Shown piece after piece: positions 49,776 to 60,873 of a stretch of 64,000 nt of DNA. Made by a program: the position numbers and the translations under genes. Position 1 is the stretch's first letter, and the number at the start of each line of letters is the position of its first letter. The stretch is from Bythopirellula sp. (GTDB lineage Bacteria > Planctomycetota > Planctomycetia > Pirellulales > Lacipirellulaceae), in contig OZ244170.1 in assembly GCA_965216565.1 (NCBI GenBank), positions 4,256,001 through 4,320,000 of the forward strand, read 5' to 3'. The notes under the pieces are model-generated. The model had not been told where the DNA came from. It worked only from the letters and a program-made list of their open reading frames with translations, and searched no databases.

Positions 49776-51719
49776 TTAGCTCTTCACAACACCCTTTTCA
49801 TCGAGCAGGTTCATGATCCGCTCGAGGCACTCATCTACGTCAATTTCGTGAGTGCCAAGCACCAGGTCGGCAGCGGACGGTTCTTCGTAGTCGGCACTGA
49901 CGCCGGGGAAGTTGGCGATTTCGCCTTTGTCTGCTGCTACATAATGTCCCTCTTGATCACGGCTGCGGCAAACGTCGACTGGGGCGTTCAAATGTACGAC
50001 GAAGAAGCGTTCTTCGCCCACAACCTCCGCGGCTCGTTGGCGAACTTCTTCACGTGGAGCAAGGAAGGCAGCGATACATACTAGGCCGGCGTCGTTAATC
50101 ATCTTGGCGACTTCCGCACTGCGGCGTAAATTCTCGCTGCGATCATCTGCCGTAAAGTCCAAGTCTTTGCTAATGCCACGGCGGACGTTTTGTCCGTCGA
50201 GAACCGTGCAAGCACGTCCCAGATCGAAGAGCTTCCGTTCTAGCCCATAAGCTAGGGTCGTTTTTCCCGAACCGGCCAACCCTGTGAGCAAAATCGTGGC
50301 CGGTTTTTGGCCATAGCGAGCTTCGCGTTCTTCTGCCGTCACATTACTGCGTTCGGCGTGCAAGGTTTCGCTGGCTTGGTCGTCCCAGTGATCGGTCTTG
50401 TCACCAGCAGATCGTTGCAGAATCATGCCCGCACCGACGGTAACGTTCGAGATCCTATCGATAATGATAAAAGACCCGGTCCCGTGATTGCCTCGATAGC
50501 CATCGAATGCGACCGGTTGATTGAGTTGCACGTGACAACGCCCGATTTCGTTGAGACCAAGTGTCGGGGCATCTTTGCGATGCAACGAGTTGACGTCGAT
50601 CTGGTAGCGGAGCGTTGTCACCGAGCCAGTTACAAGCTTGGATGCCTGCTTGATCATGTACTGCTTACCAGGTACTAGTGGCTCGTCTGACATCCAAACC
50701 ACCGTTGCATCAAAGGCATCGGATATCTGTGGAACGTTATCGGGACGCACTAGCATGTCGCCTCGGCTGACGTCGATTTCATCTTCCAGCGTCAGAGTGA
50801 CCGCCAATGGCGTAAATGCTTCGTCGAGTTCACCGTCATACGTGACGATAGATTTTACCTTGCTCGTTTTTCGCGATGGCAGGACCATCACGTCATCGCC
50901 CCGACGGACTCGGCCCGACGCCAGTGTGCCGCAAAAACCGCGGAAGTTTAGATCGGGTCGGTTCACGTACTGCACGGGAAATCGCATGTCGATCAGATTG
51001 CGGTCCGAGGCAATGTGTACGTTCTCCAGGAGATGCATCAAAGTGCCGCCCTCATACCACGGCATCTCCTCGGTGGCTTGGTCGACAACATTGAGCCCCA
51101 GTAGTGCACTCATGGGCACGAAGTGCAGGTCGCCCATGTCGAGTCGCGTGGCGAAGTCGATGTACTCGCTCCGCAGTTCGTCGAATCGCTCTTGGGAATA
51201 GTCGACCAAATCCATTTTGTTCACTGCGACGATCACATGCTTGATGCCCAGCAGCGAAACGATAAAGCTGTGCCGCTTGGTTTGCGTGAGTACGCCGTGA
51301 TCTTCGCGGGCATCGATCAAAATGATGGCCAGATCGCAAGTGCTGGCGCCTGTGGCCATGTTGCGTGTGTATTGTTCGTGGCCGGGCGTGTCGGCAATGA
51401 TGAACTTGCGTTTGGCCGTGGAAAAATACCGATAGGCCACATCGATGGTAATACCCTGCTCGCGTTCAGCTTTCAGCCCGTCGGTCAGTAATGCGGGATC
51501 GAAGTCTCCTCCGACCGAGCCCAGCGTGACCGAATCCTTTTCAATCGCGGCGAGCTGATCTTCGTAGATCATCTTCGAATCGTACAGCAGGCGACCAATC
51601 AGTGTGCTCTTCCCGTCATCGACGCTACCACAGGTAAGAAAGCGGAGCAGTTCTTTGTGCTCGTGCTGCTTGAGATAGGCGTCAATATCAGTGGCGATTA
51701 GTTCAGATTTATGACTCAT
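49776..51719 (-). CDS. cysNC: Sulfate adenylyltransferase subunit 1 fused to APS kinase domain
   Basis: [37 protein letters not shown]-terminal GLAGSGKTT kinase domain. Confidence 0.96.
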   Translation of the reverse strand: MSHKSELIATDIDAYLKQHEHKELLRFLTCGSVDDGKSTLIGRLLYDSKMIYEDQLAAIEKDSVTLGSVGGDFDPALLTDGLKAEREQGITIDVAYRYFSTAKRKFIIADTPGHEQYTRNMATGASTCDLAIILIDAREDHGVLTQTKRHSFIVSLLGIKHVIVAVNKMDLVDYSQERFDELRSEYIDFATRLDMGDLHFVPMSALLGLNVVDQATEEMPWYEGGTLMHLLENVHIASDRNLIDMRFPVQYVNRPDLNFRGFCGTLASGRVRRGDDVMVLPSRKTSKVKSIVTYDGELDEAFTPLAVTLTLEDEIDVSRGDMLVRPDNVPQISDAFDATVVWMSDEPLVPGKQYMIKQASKLVTGSVTTLRYQIDVNSLHRKDAPTLGLNEIGRCHVQLNQPVAFDGYRGNHGTGSFIIIDRISNVTVGAGMILQRSAGDKTDHWDDQASETLHAERSNVTAEEREARYGQKPATILLTGLAGSGKTTLAYGLERKLFDLGRACTVLDGQNVRRGISKDLDFTADDRSENLRRSAEVAKMINDAGLVCIAAFLAPREEVRQRAAEVVGEERFFVVHLNAPVDVCRSRDQEGHYVAADKGEIANFPGVSADYEEPSAADLVLGTHEIDVDECLERIMNLLDEKGVVKS

Positions 51720-51787
51720 TTTGAATTCGGATTTTAGATTGTTGAATTCGGGATAAAGATTCGGATTTCGAAGCCAGGATCTCGCAG

Positions 51788-52699
51788 TTAGAAGTAACCC
51801 TTGCGTTTCTTCTCTTCCATCGATCCAGCCTGGTCGTAGTCGATTACGCGGCCTTGACGCTCGCTAGTGGTTGCCAGCAACATTTCTTGAATGATCTCTG
51901 GGAGCGTTGTGGCGGTGGACTCCACGGCTCCGGTCAGGGGATAGCAACCCAGTGTGCGGAACCGAACCACACGTGGCTTGGCCTTGGCGGCCAACTCGGC
52001 TGGCATGCGATCGTCGTCAACCATGATCAGTGCTCCATCGACGTCCACTATCGGACGTTCTGCAGAAAAATAGAGCGGAACGATGGGAATCTTTTCCAAG
52101 TGGATGTATTGCCAAACATCGAGTTCCGTCCAGTTCGAGAGTGGAAAGACTCGGATGCTCTCGCCTTTGTGGACCTTGCCGTTGTAAAGGTTCCACAATT
52201 CAGGACGTTGGTTTTTTGGGTCCCAGCTGTGATTTTTGTCGCGGAAGGAATACACACGTTCTTTAGCGCGAGATTTTTCTTCGTCGCGGCGGGCCCCGCC
52301 AAAAGCGGCGTCGAACTTATACTTGTCGAGGGCCTGCTTCAAGGCATCAGTCTTCATGATGTCTGTGTGAACATCACTGCCGTGGGTATAAGGTCCCACG
52401 CCCTGCTTCACGCCTTCTTCGTTGGTATAGGCAATCAGATCCCAGCCGAGTTGTTTACGGATGAGGTTCTCGCGGAATTCGATCATCTCTCGGAATTTCC
52501 ACGTCGTATCAACATGCATCAAGGGAAATGGTGGCTTGCCTGGATAGAAAGCCTTTTCAGCCAAGCGGACCATTACCGAGGAGTCCTTGCCCACCGAATA
52601 CAACATTACGGGGTTATCAAATTCCGCGGCAACTTCGCGGATGATATGAATGCTCTCTGCTTCGAGTTGCTTGAGATGTGTCAGATTGTAGGAGCTCAT
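51788..52699 (-). CDS. cysD: Sulfate adenylyltransferase subunit 2
   Basis: [46 protein letters not shown]. Confidence 0.97.
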   Translation of the reverse strand: MSSYNLTHLKQLEAESIHIIREVAAEFDNPVMLYSVGKDSSVMVRLAEKAFYPGKPPFPLMHVDTTWKFREMIEFRENLIRKQLGWDLIAYTNEEGVKQGVGPYTHGSDVHTDIMKTDALKQALDKYKFDAAFGGARRDEEKSRAKERVYSFRDKNHSWDPKNQRPELWNLYNGKVHKGESIRVFPLSNWTELDVWQYIHLEKIPIVPLYFSAERPIVDVDGALIMVDDDRMPAELAAKAKPRVVRFRTLGCYPLTGAVESTATTLPEIIQEMLLATTSERQGRVIDYDQAGSMEEKKRKGYF

Positions 52700-53109
52700 C
52701 GGCAGGCGGGAGTAAAGGTGATTTGAGGGACTCTGAAGAACGTTTTCGAACGAGTTCGAAATGTATGGATTTTAACGATCCACGTAGGCCAGACCCGCTA
52801 GTCTAAATGTCTGGCATGGACTGTTCAACTCGGCCCCCTGGCGGAAATCCGACTTTTTACCCTAAGTAGCGGCAAAACCCGACTCCCCCCTGCCAATTGG
52901 CAACTAGGAACTTCGACCTAAATTGTTGCAAAGAAACTCACTGGCCCTGATAATAGAGACCGAACACCGCTCCCAAGCAGATAGGCGGCGCTTCTCCTTT
53001 GACTATCGGAACAGAACCTCCCACGAGTAAGGCCTGCTAGCGAACGATATTTTCACGTCGTCAATATTCCGTTAGTTGCTTGTCTGGGATTGCGAATTTG
53101 GAACCGTCC

Positions 53110-54897
53110 ATGTGTAGATCCCTCCCTCGTGCTCTCGAACTAGGAAATCTCGCTCGCGCAGTGCTGGCGATGATCATTCTTAGTGGTCCAGTTCAGGCCA
53201 ACTGGCTTGATGACGTTGGGTGGAACGATCTTTCCGATTTACTCGGCAGTGATATGCCTACCGGCAATGGCGTGTTTATTTCGCAGGTCGAGGCCGGCCA
53301 GGGAGGAAATCAAAATCAATACTTCCCTGAAACTGACCCCAACAATACCGTTCACATAGACGCCGCGCTCGACCCTCTTGGCGAACTGCCTACTTTTGTG
53401 AACGGTAGTTCTGGCATGCACCCAAACCCTGCGGTTTCGTCGCATGCCACGAACGTCGTCGCAAATGTTTTCTACGGTGATAGAAACGGGCAGTCGCGCG
53501 GAGCCAATACAATCGTCGTCTATCAGGCGGATGACTATCTCAGGAATTTCTTGAATTGCGGTAATGGTACCGCCTGTAATGCAACAGCACCTGGCGACCC
53601 GGAATTTGTAGATCCAGCGGACAGCCAAACCAAGCAGTATGTGGTGCAGAACCATAGTTGGGCTGGAAGTTTGGGTGACGGTTTCGATATCCGCGCCCTT
53701 CGCAAGGTGGACTATCTGGCAGATGAGTTTGAGATCACCATGGTGGTTGGTGTGTCCAACGGCGATGCTGATCCCAATACTGGAACCCCTGCTCACCCGG
53801 CATTAGAGAACCTGCTGGCTCATGGCTACAATTCACTAGCCGTTGGAGTCTCGGCAGGCGACCATTCCATCGGACCCACGACTCTAAGCGGATATGGCAC
53901 CGGACGCCAGAAACCTTCGCTCGTATCACCCTTGAACTCGGCCAGTTCAGCGACTGGGACCGTGTCTGGTGCAGCAACGATCTTACACGACGCTGTAGGC
54001 GGAGCGTTTGCTAAACGAAGTGAGACTATGCGAGCCATCATTATGGCTGGGGCAACGAAAACAGAGTTTCTGAATTTCGTTGACCCTGAGACTTCCGCAG
54101 TCGACCCGTGGAGCCGTTCCTCCAGCCAACCTCTAGATGATATTTTGGGCGCGGGGGAGCTAAACGTCTTGGAAAGCTACCTGATCACGGAGGGTGGGCG
54201 AGCCGTGGGTGCGAAAACACCGTTTAATCCTGCTGACAGCGGATCCTACGGTTGGGATTACAACAACGTAACTTCCACAGACGTGAGGCACTACGAATTC
54301 GAGATTCCAGCAGGCAGTATCGCCCTCGATTTTTCGATCATGTTAACTTGGAACGTGGACATAAATCCAAGTTTCCTATCTCAAACGCTTGCCGACTTGA
54401 GCTTGACTTTGAAGGATGAAACCGACTCGGTCATCGAGTTTAGCAACAGTGCAGACGACAATGTCGAACACATTTACATCGGTGAGGGCCAGGCTCTCGA
54501 ATTTCTTGGTCCGGGCACATACACCCTAGAAGTCGCTGGCGATATCTCGCGCGACTATGGATTGGCTTGGAGAACTAGCACAGCCTTTGGCACCGATCCA
54601 AACAATTTAGTCGTGTCCGCAGACTTTGATCAAAACGGGATTGTCGATGGATTCGACTTTTTTGTCTGGCAGCAAAACGAAGGCATTCTGGTAGATGCAC
54701 TCCATGTTCAAGGCGATGCCGATGGCGATGGCGACGTGGACGGAGCGGACTTATCGATTTATGAAATGCAGTATGGCTCCTCGCCCACGCTGCCCTCAAT
54801 TGTCGGGATCCCAGAGCCTAACACATTCGTCCTGACTCTCTTAGTCGCCTTGGGCGGTGCCCTGCCCGTGCGACGCCGACGTACAGCACTTGCTTAG
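53110..54897 (+). CDS. PEP-CTERM protein with subtilase(S8)-like and dockerin-like domains
   Basis: SHAT, NHSW, KPSLVSP..SASSATGTVSGAA; ADFDQNGIVDGFDF and GDADGDGDVDGADL; IPEPNT + TM + RRRR. Start could be 53080. Confidence 0.8.
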   Translation: MCRSLPRALELGNLARAVLAMIILSGPVQANWLDDVGWNDLSDLLGSDMPTGNGVFISQVEAGQGGNQNQYFPETDPNNTVHIDAALDPLGELPTFVNGSSGMHPNPAVSSHATNVVANVFYGDRNGQSRGANTIVVYQADDYLRNFLNCGNGTACNATAPGDPEFVDPADSQTKQYVVQNHSWAGSLGDGFDIRALRKVDYLADEFEITMVVGVSNGDADPNTGTPAHPALENLLAHGYNSLAVGVSAGDHSIGPTTLSGYGTGRQKPSLVSPLNSASSATGTVSGAATILHDAVGGAFAKRSETMRAIIMAGATKTEFLNFVDPETSAVDPWSRSSSQPLDDILGAGELNVLESYLITEGGRAVGAKTPFNPADSGSYGWDYNNVTSTDVRHYEFEIPAGSIALDFSIMLTWNVDINPSFLSQTLADLSLTLKDETDSVIEFSNSADDNVEHIYIGEGQALEFLGPGTYTLEVAGDISRDYGLAWRTSTAFGTDPNNLVVSADFDQNGIVDGFDFFVWQQNEGILVDALHVQGDADGDGDVDGADLSIYEMQYGSSPTLPSIVGIPEPNTFVLTLLVALGGALPVRRRRTALA

Positions 54898-54931
54898 TCT
54901 GTAAGTCTTAGCCTGCTGAGCCGTCCAGCAA

Positions 54932-55399
54932 TCATGAGTGCCGATTTACTTTCGATTCGTAAGCGGATATAGCTGAGGCCGAAGCCCGATCTATGTCATC
55001 GCTTACCGGTTTGTTCCGGCTGGCCAATGCGAGAGCCCCGGCAAGCAGACACAGCCCCGCCCCCCCCAACCTCAATAGTGTTGTCAGCCAAGGGCGACTG
55101 TTGCGAATGGCATCTACTTCTGCTTGAAGTTGGTTGAACTTCTCCTCAGCTGCTTCGACCTTCGATTTATCAATTTCGATTGGGTCACCTCCTGCGTCCA
55201 ATCCGGGATTGTCGCCAGCCGTGTGGTGAGCATATTGGTGAGAGAGGTTGTGAAATTCTCTTCTGGCTTGCTGGATCTCTTGAGCTTTTTCGGTGGTGAG
55301 CGTGTGCTGCCCCCCGAAGAGACCGCCATGCAGGAACGATGCCAAGAACAAAGCGATTCCGAGTGCGAAGAGTCCCTGCGCCGTTTTTTCGTCGCCCAT
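54932..55399 (-). CDS. Two-TM hypothetical membrane protein
   Basis: Two hydrophobic segments; starts 3 nt after the DUF1559 gene stop. Confidence 0.7.
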   Translation of the reverse strand: MGDEKTAQGLFALGIALFLASFLHGGLFGGQHTLTTEKAQEIQQARREFHNLSHQYAHHTAGDNPGLDAGGDPIEIDKSKVEAAEEKFNQLQAEVDAIRNSRPWLTTLLRLGGAGLCLLAGALALASRNKPVSDDIDRASASAISAYESKVNRHS

Positions 55400-55402
55400 A
55401 AA

Positions 55403-56500
55403 TCAATCCTGCACGAGATTGACTGATTCCGAACCTTTTACGTCAATCAAATAGGCCATAGCAAAGGGGTCGATATCATTCGGTAGAAACTCTACGTGGC
55501 CATCGAGATAGGTGGAATTGACTCCACCGGGGTGCAAGCTGCGGGGGGCAGCTGAAGTATAACCACCGAATAGCCCAAACTTTCGATTCCACTTGTCACA
55601 AGGCATGCGTTCCAGTTCCGACTTAGCCAGGCTTGCGACCGAGCAACGTAGCAGCATATCGGAATTGGGTCCTAAGAAATTGGGCAATTGTACTTGTTCG
55701 ACGATGTATTGCGCGTTGAGGGGGATGTACGGACCAAAATTGCCTCCGTAACTCTTGTCGTGGTGCATATCGAAAGCCAGCAGTGAAGCCCCATTCCAAG
55801 GCAGTGCCCAGGCACCTCGTTCGTCCGTGTCGATCTCGATGGTTCGAACTTCGCTAAGCAGAATTGTGGAGCTAGTTCCGTCTTCGATATTTTTCAACTC
55901 TTGTCCTGAGGCGATGAGGGCTCCTGGATAGAGCATTTGCAGATTCGTGTGGTATGGGCTCGTGTACGCCGCATAGTTGCCTTTGGCGAATACTTTGCCA
56001 TTGGTGTTGGCTTCATCGAAATAGAATCTGCCGCGAGCGGCGTCGCTGGGACACAGCATCGATTCGATTGCATTCTGTTGAGGATTATTGTCTTGATCGA
56101 AGATGCTCTTCTTCAGGTCGAATTGATCGAAGAGGGCGCTCTGCTCCGCATAAGGAAGGAGCATGACCGCCCAACCAATCATCGGGCCACTCATTTGATC
56201 GAAAACTGGATACCTGCGGCGGCCAAATTTCATGGTCTTTTCTTCGACCAATCCGCTGGGCGGTAATTTGCCCTCAGCAGCTTCGTAACTTTGCACTGCC
56301 AACGAGAGTTGTTTGAGATTATTGGTGCACTGAATCCGGCGTGCTGATTCGCGTGCTGACTGTACGGCCGGCAACAGCAGTGAGATAAGAACGCCAATAA
56401 TGGCGATCACCACTAAGAGCTCCACCAAGGTGAATCCCGTCACCCAAGAGCGGCGCAGGGACACATCGCCAGAGTTTGAATTGCTTGTGTCCTGCGTCAT
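55403..56500 (-). CDS. DUF1559 prepilin-type protein with H-X9-DG motif
   Basis: GFTLVELLVVIAIIGVLISLLLPAVQSARESARR.QC.NNLKQ, CPSD, SLHPGGVNSTYLDGHV. Confidence 0.95.
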   Translation of the reverse strand: MTQDTSNSNSGDVSLRRSWVTGFTLVELLVVIAIIGVLISLLLPAVQSARESARRIQCTNNLKQLSLAVQSYEAAEGKLPPSGLVEEKTMKFGRRRYPVFDQMSGPMIGWAVMLLPYAEQSALFDQFDLKKSIFDQDNNPQQNAIESMLCPSDAARGRFYFDEANTNGKVFAKGNYAAYTSPYHTNLQMLYPGALIASGQELKNIEDGTSSTILLSEVRTIEIDTDERGAWALPWNGASLLAFDMHHDKSYGGNFGPYIPLNAQYIVEQVQLPNFLGPNSDMLLRCSVASLAKSELERMPCDKWNRKFGLFGGYTSAAPRSLHPGGVNSTYLDGHVEFLPNDIDPFAMAYLIDVKGSESVNLVQD

Positions 56501-56924
56501 GGAATGTTCCTGCAAGATTGCATCCTACTGGCCGATTGGCGAAAAGTGCCAGCGTGGAACTTGCCGACGTGGCTTATTTCATCCACGACCTGGCTGTGCG
56601 CCAAGCATCGGTCCGCACCGGCAGGTAGAAAGCTGCCCCCGAATCTGCTTCGCTACTCTTACCACTTGATTATAGGACAATACTACGAGAAAACCAATTG
56701 TTCGCCGAAGGTGATCTGCCGTACAAATCGTTCCCGGCGCCCCATTCAGCCAAAATCGTAGCCCAAAGCGATAGCAACTCTGTAGGACTAGTTCGCTGGT
56801 TCGAGACTTCTAGTGGCGGTCAAAATCGGTATACTCGGCGGTTTGTTTATCCAATTTAGGTGGAGCGCATATAGCAACACCGAATACTTAGTGAGTTGGA
56901 AAGTCAGAGAAGGAGCGAAACGCT

Positions 56925-57614
56925 ATGAAAACAACTATTCTAATCGGCGGTGCCATGTTAGTCGTCGGCCTTGGAAGCTGGGTGATTGCCCAGGAAAACA
57001 TGCCAGCCAAACCTCAGCAAGGTGAGCCCGTGAGCGAACAAAAAGTGACCAGTCAATATAGTTATGCCATTGGGTTGAATATTGGGCGCAACTTCAAATC
57101 GGAGGGTACGGCACTCGATCTCGAGACCCTATTAGCCGGAGTTCGGGACGGGCTTTCTGGTGAGAAACCAAAGTACGACGATGCGACTTGCGCACAAGCT
57201 TTGCAGCAGCTACAACAACGTCAAGCCAATGCCCATGTAAATAAGAATAAGGAATTCTTAGCACAGAATCGCCAGGCTGAAGGGGTCAAGGTTTTACCGA
57301 GCGGATTGCAATATAAGGTTCTAAAGCAAGGCGATGGCCCTACTCCTAGTTTGAACGATACTGTGCGAGCGCACTATACGGGTCGCTTTATCGATGGTTC
57401 AGTCTTCGATAGCTCGGTGGAAAGCGGCAAGCCATTCGTTACTCCCGTCACACGTGTAATCAAAGGTTGGACGGAAGCGCTAACCAACATGCAGGTTGGA
57501 TCGAAATGGTTGATCGTTGTGCCTAGCGAATTGGCATACGGCGAAACGGGTATGGGGCCAATTCCCCCCGATTCGACGCTCGTTTTCGAAATGGAATTAC
57601 TCGGCATCGAATAG
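56925..57614 (+). CDS. FKBP-type peptidyl-prolyl isomerase (FkpA/Mip-like)
   Basis: SYAIG, LPSGLQYKVL, HYTG..IDGSVFDSS, VIKGWTEAL, LAYG, LVFEMELL. Confidence 0.96.
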   Translation: MKTTILIGGAMLVVGLGSWVIAQENMPAKPQQGEPVSEQKVTSQYSYAIGLNIGRNFKSEGTALDLETLLAGVRDGLSGEKPKYDDATCAQALQQLQQRQANAHVNKNKEFLAQNRQAEGVKVLPSGLQYKVLKQGDGPTPSLNDTVRAHYTGRFIDGSVFDSSVESGKPFVTPVTRVIKGWTEALTNMQVGSKWLIVVPSELAYGETGMGPIPPDSTLVFEMELLGIE

Positions 57615-58168
57615 TTAGAAAGCGGCAAACTAGAGGGCCAGCTATCTGGTGCAGGGGAGTCCCGGAGGGCAGGTCCCTAGGGGCGTTTCCTTAAGTGCTA
57701 CCCGTAAACTGGCGTTTCCTACAGCCCATTCCTTGCGGCCACCTCGACGATTGCCGCCAAAGTGCGCAATTTTCTTTGCACCGGCCCCCATGTGGGCTAC
57801 CTTTCAGGAAGCAGTGGGGGGTTGGCAAAGATATACGGTCTGCGTGCCAGGGTCCCTCAAGATGGTGGTAACTTCAAACTGGGAGAGAGTTTCGGCGATT
57901 CGAGAATTGTCGTGAGTGTTCTGAATCAGAACAAAAGTAAGACAATTCTCCTGCAATAGTGGGTCGAAATACGCGATTTGAGGTTTCCCACAGTTTTTGT
58001 TAGTACTTGGTTGCATGGCAGGAAACTCTAGCTAAAATCGCTGGAATACGCATTCGGCTTAGCTTTCGGAGCTTAGCCGTTTTACAGGACAGCGTTCGCG
58101 CAAGAGATACACAGCGCCAATTGTACTAATTCTTACATAGTTTTCGTTCGACAATGGAGGGCATCTAG

Positions 58169-59650
58169 ATGTCACGTAGTTTGTTTTCGCTGCTAACAGC
58201 AACAGCTTTGTTGGTTGCAGCACTTCCAGGTCAAGCCTGGGCTGGTTCTTGTGGAAGTTGTGGCTGCGGTTGTGCAGCGGCTTCCGATTGTGGCTGTGGA
58301 GATGCCTGCGGTAGCTCGTCTGCTTGCGGCGGTTCGGCTGCTGGTTGCGGCTGTGCACCACAGATGACAACTAGGACGGTCATGGTTCCGACTTACGTAG
58401 AAGAAATGCGTACGGTTACCACGACTCAATACAATCGCGAAGAGCGTACACGGACTTACACCGTGAACAAGCGTGTTCCTCGCACCGAAGAGCGAACCTC
58501 CAATTACACCGTGATGGTTCCAGAACAACGTAGCCGCACCGTAAACTACACAGTTTGCAAGCCGGTTACAGAGACCAAGACTCAAGAGTACACCGTTCAG
58601 GTTCCTTACACTGAGGAACAAGAGCAGAGCTACACCGTGATGGTTCCTTCTTACGAGGACAAGACCGTCACCTACACCGTTCAGGTTCCTTACACCGAGG
58701 AAAAAGAACAAAGCTACACCGTGATGGTTCCTTCGTATGAAGACAAGACCGTCAGCTACAGTGTGCAGGTTCCTTACACTGAGCAAAAAGAAGTTAGCTA
58801 CACAGTTTCGGTTCCTTACACCGAAGAGCGTCAAGGCAGCCGAACCGTGTCGAAGCGTGTTCCTGTGACTACGATGAAGACCGTAACGGTTAACTCCGGA
58901 CACTGGGAAACCCAGACCATGGAAGTTGGCTGCGGTGCTGGAAACGGCGGCGGCGGAGCTTGTGGTAGCGACTGTGGCTGCAATTCCTGCGGTGGTTGCG
59001 GATGCAATTCCTGTGGTTGTGCACCTCAGACTCGCACCGTATGTAAGCGAGTGTGGGTTCCTTCCTGCGAAACGAAGGAAGTACCTTGCACCACTTATCA
59101 ATGCACCACTGAAGAGGTTCCTTACACCTACACAGTGTGCCTGAGCCGTCAAGAAGAGCGAACTCGCACCGTCACTGTTAATAAGTGCCGCACTGAGTCT
59201 CGCGAAAAGACTGTTAAGGTTTGCAAGATGGTTCCAGAAGAACGAACTCGCACCGTCACTGTTCACAAGTGCCGCACCGAGGATCGTGAGCGAACTGTTA
59301 AGGTTTGCAAAATGGTACCAGAAGAACGAACTCGCACCATTACGCTTCACAAGTGTCGCCCCGAAACTCGCACCCGCGAGTATCAGGTCACACGTTACGA
59401 GCGTGAGCAGAAGTCTCGCGAAGTGTCCTACACTGTCTGCGTACCGCAACAGCGTACTCGCACTTACAACGTGACTGTTTACGACTGCGTGCCTGAAGAA
59501 AAGACCCAGACTTACACCGTATGCGTGCCAGTCCAGGTCGAGAAGCAGGTTCCCGTACGAGTGTGCAAGATGGTTGAGAAGACCATTGAAGTACCTTGCG
59601 GTGGCGGCGGATGCGGTTCGAGCTGCGGTGGCTGCGGCTGCTGCAACTAG
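58169..59650 (+). CDS. Secreted Cys/Gly-capped, Thr/Val-rich repeat protein
   Basis: Signal peptide, GGAGG RBS, three Cys-Gly clusters, ~14-aa repeats (YTVxVPxxE; TVKVCKMVPEERTR), strong terminator. Confidence 0.9.
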   Translation: MSRSLFSLLTATALLVAALPGQAWAGSCGSCGCGCAAASDCGCGDACGSSSACGGSAAGCGCAPQMTTRTVMVPTYVEEMRTVTTTQYNREERTRTYTVNKRVPRTEERTSNYTVMVPEQRSRTVNYTVCKPVTETKTQEYTVQVPYTEEQEQSYTVMVPSYEDKTVTYTVQVPYTEEKEQSYTVMVPSYEDKTVSYSVQVPYTEQKEVSYTVSVPYTEERQGSRTVSKRVPVTTMKTVTVNSGHWETQTMEVGCGAGNGGGGACGSDCGCNSCGGCGCNSCGCAPQTRTVCKRVWVPSCETKEVPCTTYQCTTEEVPYTYTVCLSRQEERTRTVTVNKCRTESREKTVKVCKMVPEERTRTVTVHKCRTEDRERTVKVCKMVPEERTRTITLHKCRPETRTREYQVTRYEREQKSREVSYTVCVPQQRTRTYNVTVYDCVPEEKTQTYTVCVPVQVEKQVPVRVCKMVEKTIEVPCGGGGCGSSCGGCGCCN

Positions 59651-59697
59651 TCACTGACTAGCGTTCATACGCTAGATTGAGTGATCAGTTAGCTATC

Positions 59698-59738
59698 AAA
59701 AGGGGCCAAGTCTCTTCGGGGACTTGGCCCTTTTTTTA
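59698..59738 (+). terminator. Intrinsic terminator
   Basis: AAAAGGGGCCAAGTCTC-TTCG-GGGACTTGGCCCTTTTTTT. Confidence 0.9.
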
Positions 59739-59937
59739 TGCCGACAGTCTCTCGGGAACGGAATTCTTAGAAAGTCGCTTTACAGGCAGGCCTATCCACC
59801 TTGCCGTATTCCTGCCGTGTTTGGTATATCCTGCATCCGATAGACACGATGTGCTAGCAATCGGCCCCCTGGCTATCGAGTAGGGCTGATTTCACGAGAG
59901 GGTGGAGAGCGCCTCCTGGGAGGTGTTATGCAAAGGA

Positions 59938-60873
59938 ATGCTACCGAAATCTATACGTATATTTGTCTCCGGCTGTCTATGCATTCTGAATGCGATGGTC
60001 GCCCAGGGTGCTGACGAAGCCCGCGTGCTGCCGCCCCCTGGAAGCGGCGTCTCTGCACCTGCTGAAGAAAACTTGCTTCTCGCTCCACCCGAGGAGTTGC
60101 TGACCGACCCCAAGCAAACCGAGGGGCTCCTTGAGGAGTCGATCACCGAAGCGATGGAGTCGGTCCCAGAGTTGCCTCTTGAGCCGGCACATTGGTACCA
60201 ACCGTCGTATTGGTTTGGACCAGCACCTTGGGATGTTGGATTTGAACTGGGCCTCAACGGTAGCGAGGGCGTGAACGAAGCACTAAGCCTTCGTTCGGGC
60301 GGCCACATCCGTCGCAAAACGAAGAATTGGAAAGTCGATAGTAGCCTCGTCTACAATAAAAACAGCGCCAACAACGTAGAGACACAGAACAACGCGCTCC
60401 TCGACTTGCGGCTGGATCGGTTCTTGAAAGATTCGCCCTGGTCGCTGTTCTTTCTCCACCAGACTCTCTACGACGAATTCCAGGCGTATGATCTACGCGT
60501 ATCAGCCAATGCCGGTTTGGGTTATGAATGCAGCTGCTACGAAGCCATCGAAACCATTCTCCGCTTCGGTGCTGGTACGTCTCGTGAATTTGGCGGTCCC
60601 GATAACGATTGGGCGCCTGAAGCCCTGATGGGTTTGGAGTACACGCATCAACTGACAAAAATGCAGCGTCTTGCTGCCAAGCTGGATTATTATCCTCAAT
60701 GGGATGATTTCACTCAGTATCGAGCCGTAGCCGATGTGGGTTGGGAGATTGATCTGGATCGCCCCAAGAATCTCAGCTTGAAGTTCTCGATTGTGGACCG
60801 CTACGACAGTACGCCCAACGGAGTCCAGCCGAACGAGTTGAACTACTCCGCTTTACTGATTTGGGGCCTCTAA
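59938..60873 (+). CDS. DUF481-like outer-membrane beta-barrel protein
   Basis: Signal peptide, acidic linker, ELGLNGSEG, YDEFQAYDLR...GLGY, aromatic C-terminus. Confidence 0.82.
   Translation: MLPKSIRIFVSGCLCILNAMVAQGADEARVLPPPGSGVSAPAEENLLLAPPEELLTDPKQTEGLLEESITEAMESVPELPLEPAHWYQPSYWFGPAPWDVGFELGLNGSEGVNEALSLRSGGHIRRKTKNWKVDSSLVYNKNSANNVETQNNALLDLRLDRFLKDSPWSLFFLHQTLYDEFQAYDLRVSANAGLGYECSCYEAIETILRFGAGTSREFGGPDNDWAPEALMGLEYTHQLTKMQRLAAKLDYYPQWDDFTQYRAVADVGWEIDLDRPKNLSLKFSIVDRYDSTPNGVQPNELNYSALLIWGL

Noticed and set aside
51854..52726. 290-aa + strand ORF
   Set aside because: Antisense shadow of cysD.
58589..59380. 84-bp direct repeats as a possible CRISPR array
   Set aside because: They are in-frame coding repeats without unique spacers, and no cas genes are present.
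58193..59449. 418-aa antisense ORF over the Cys-rich repeat gene
   Set aside because: Likely a shadow of biased codons and repeats; the + strand gene has the RBS, signal peptide and terminator.
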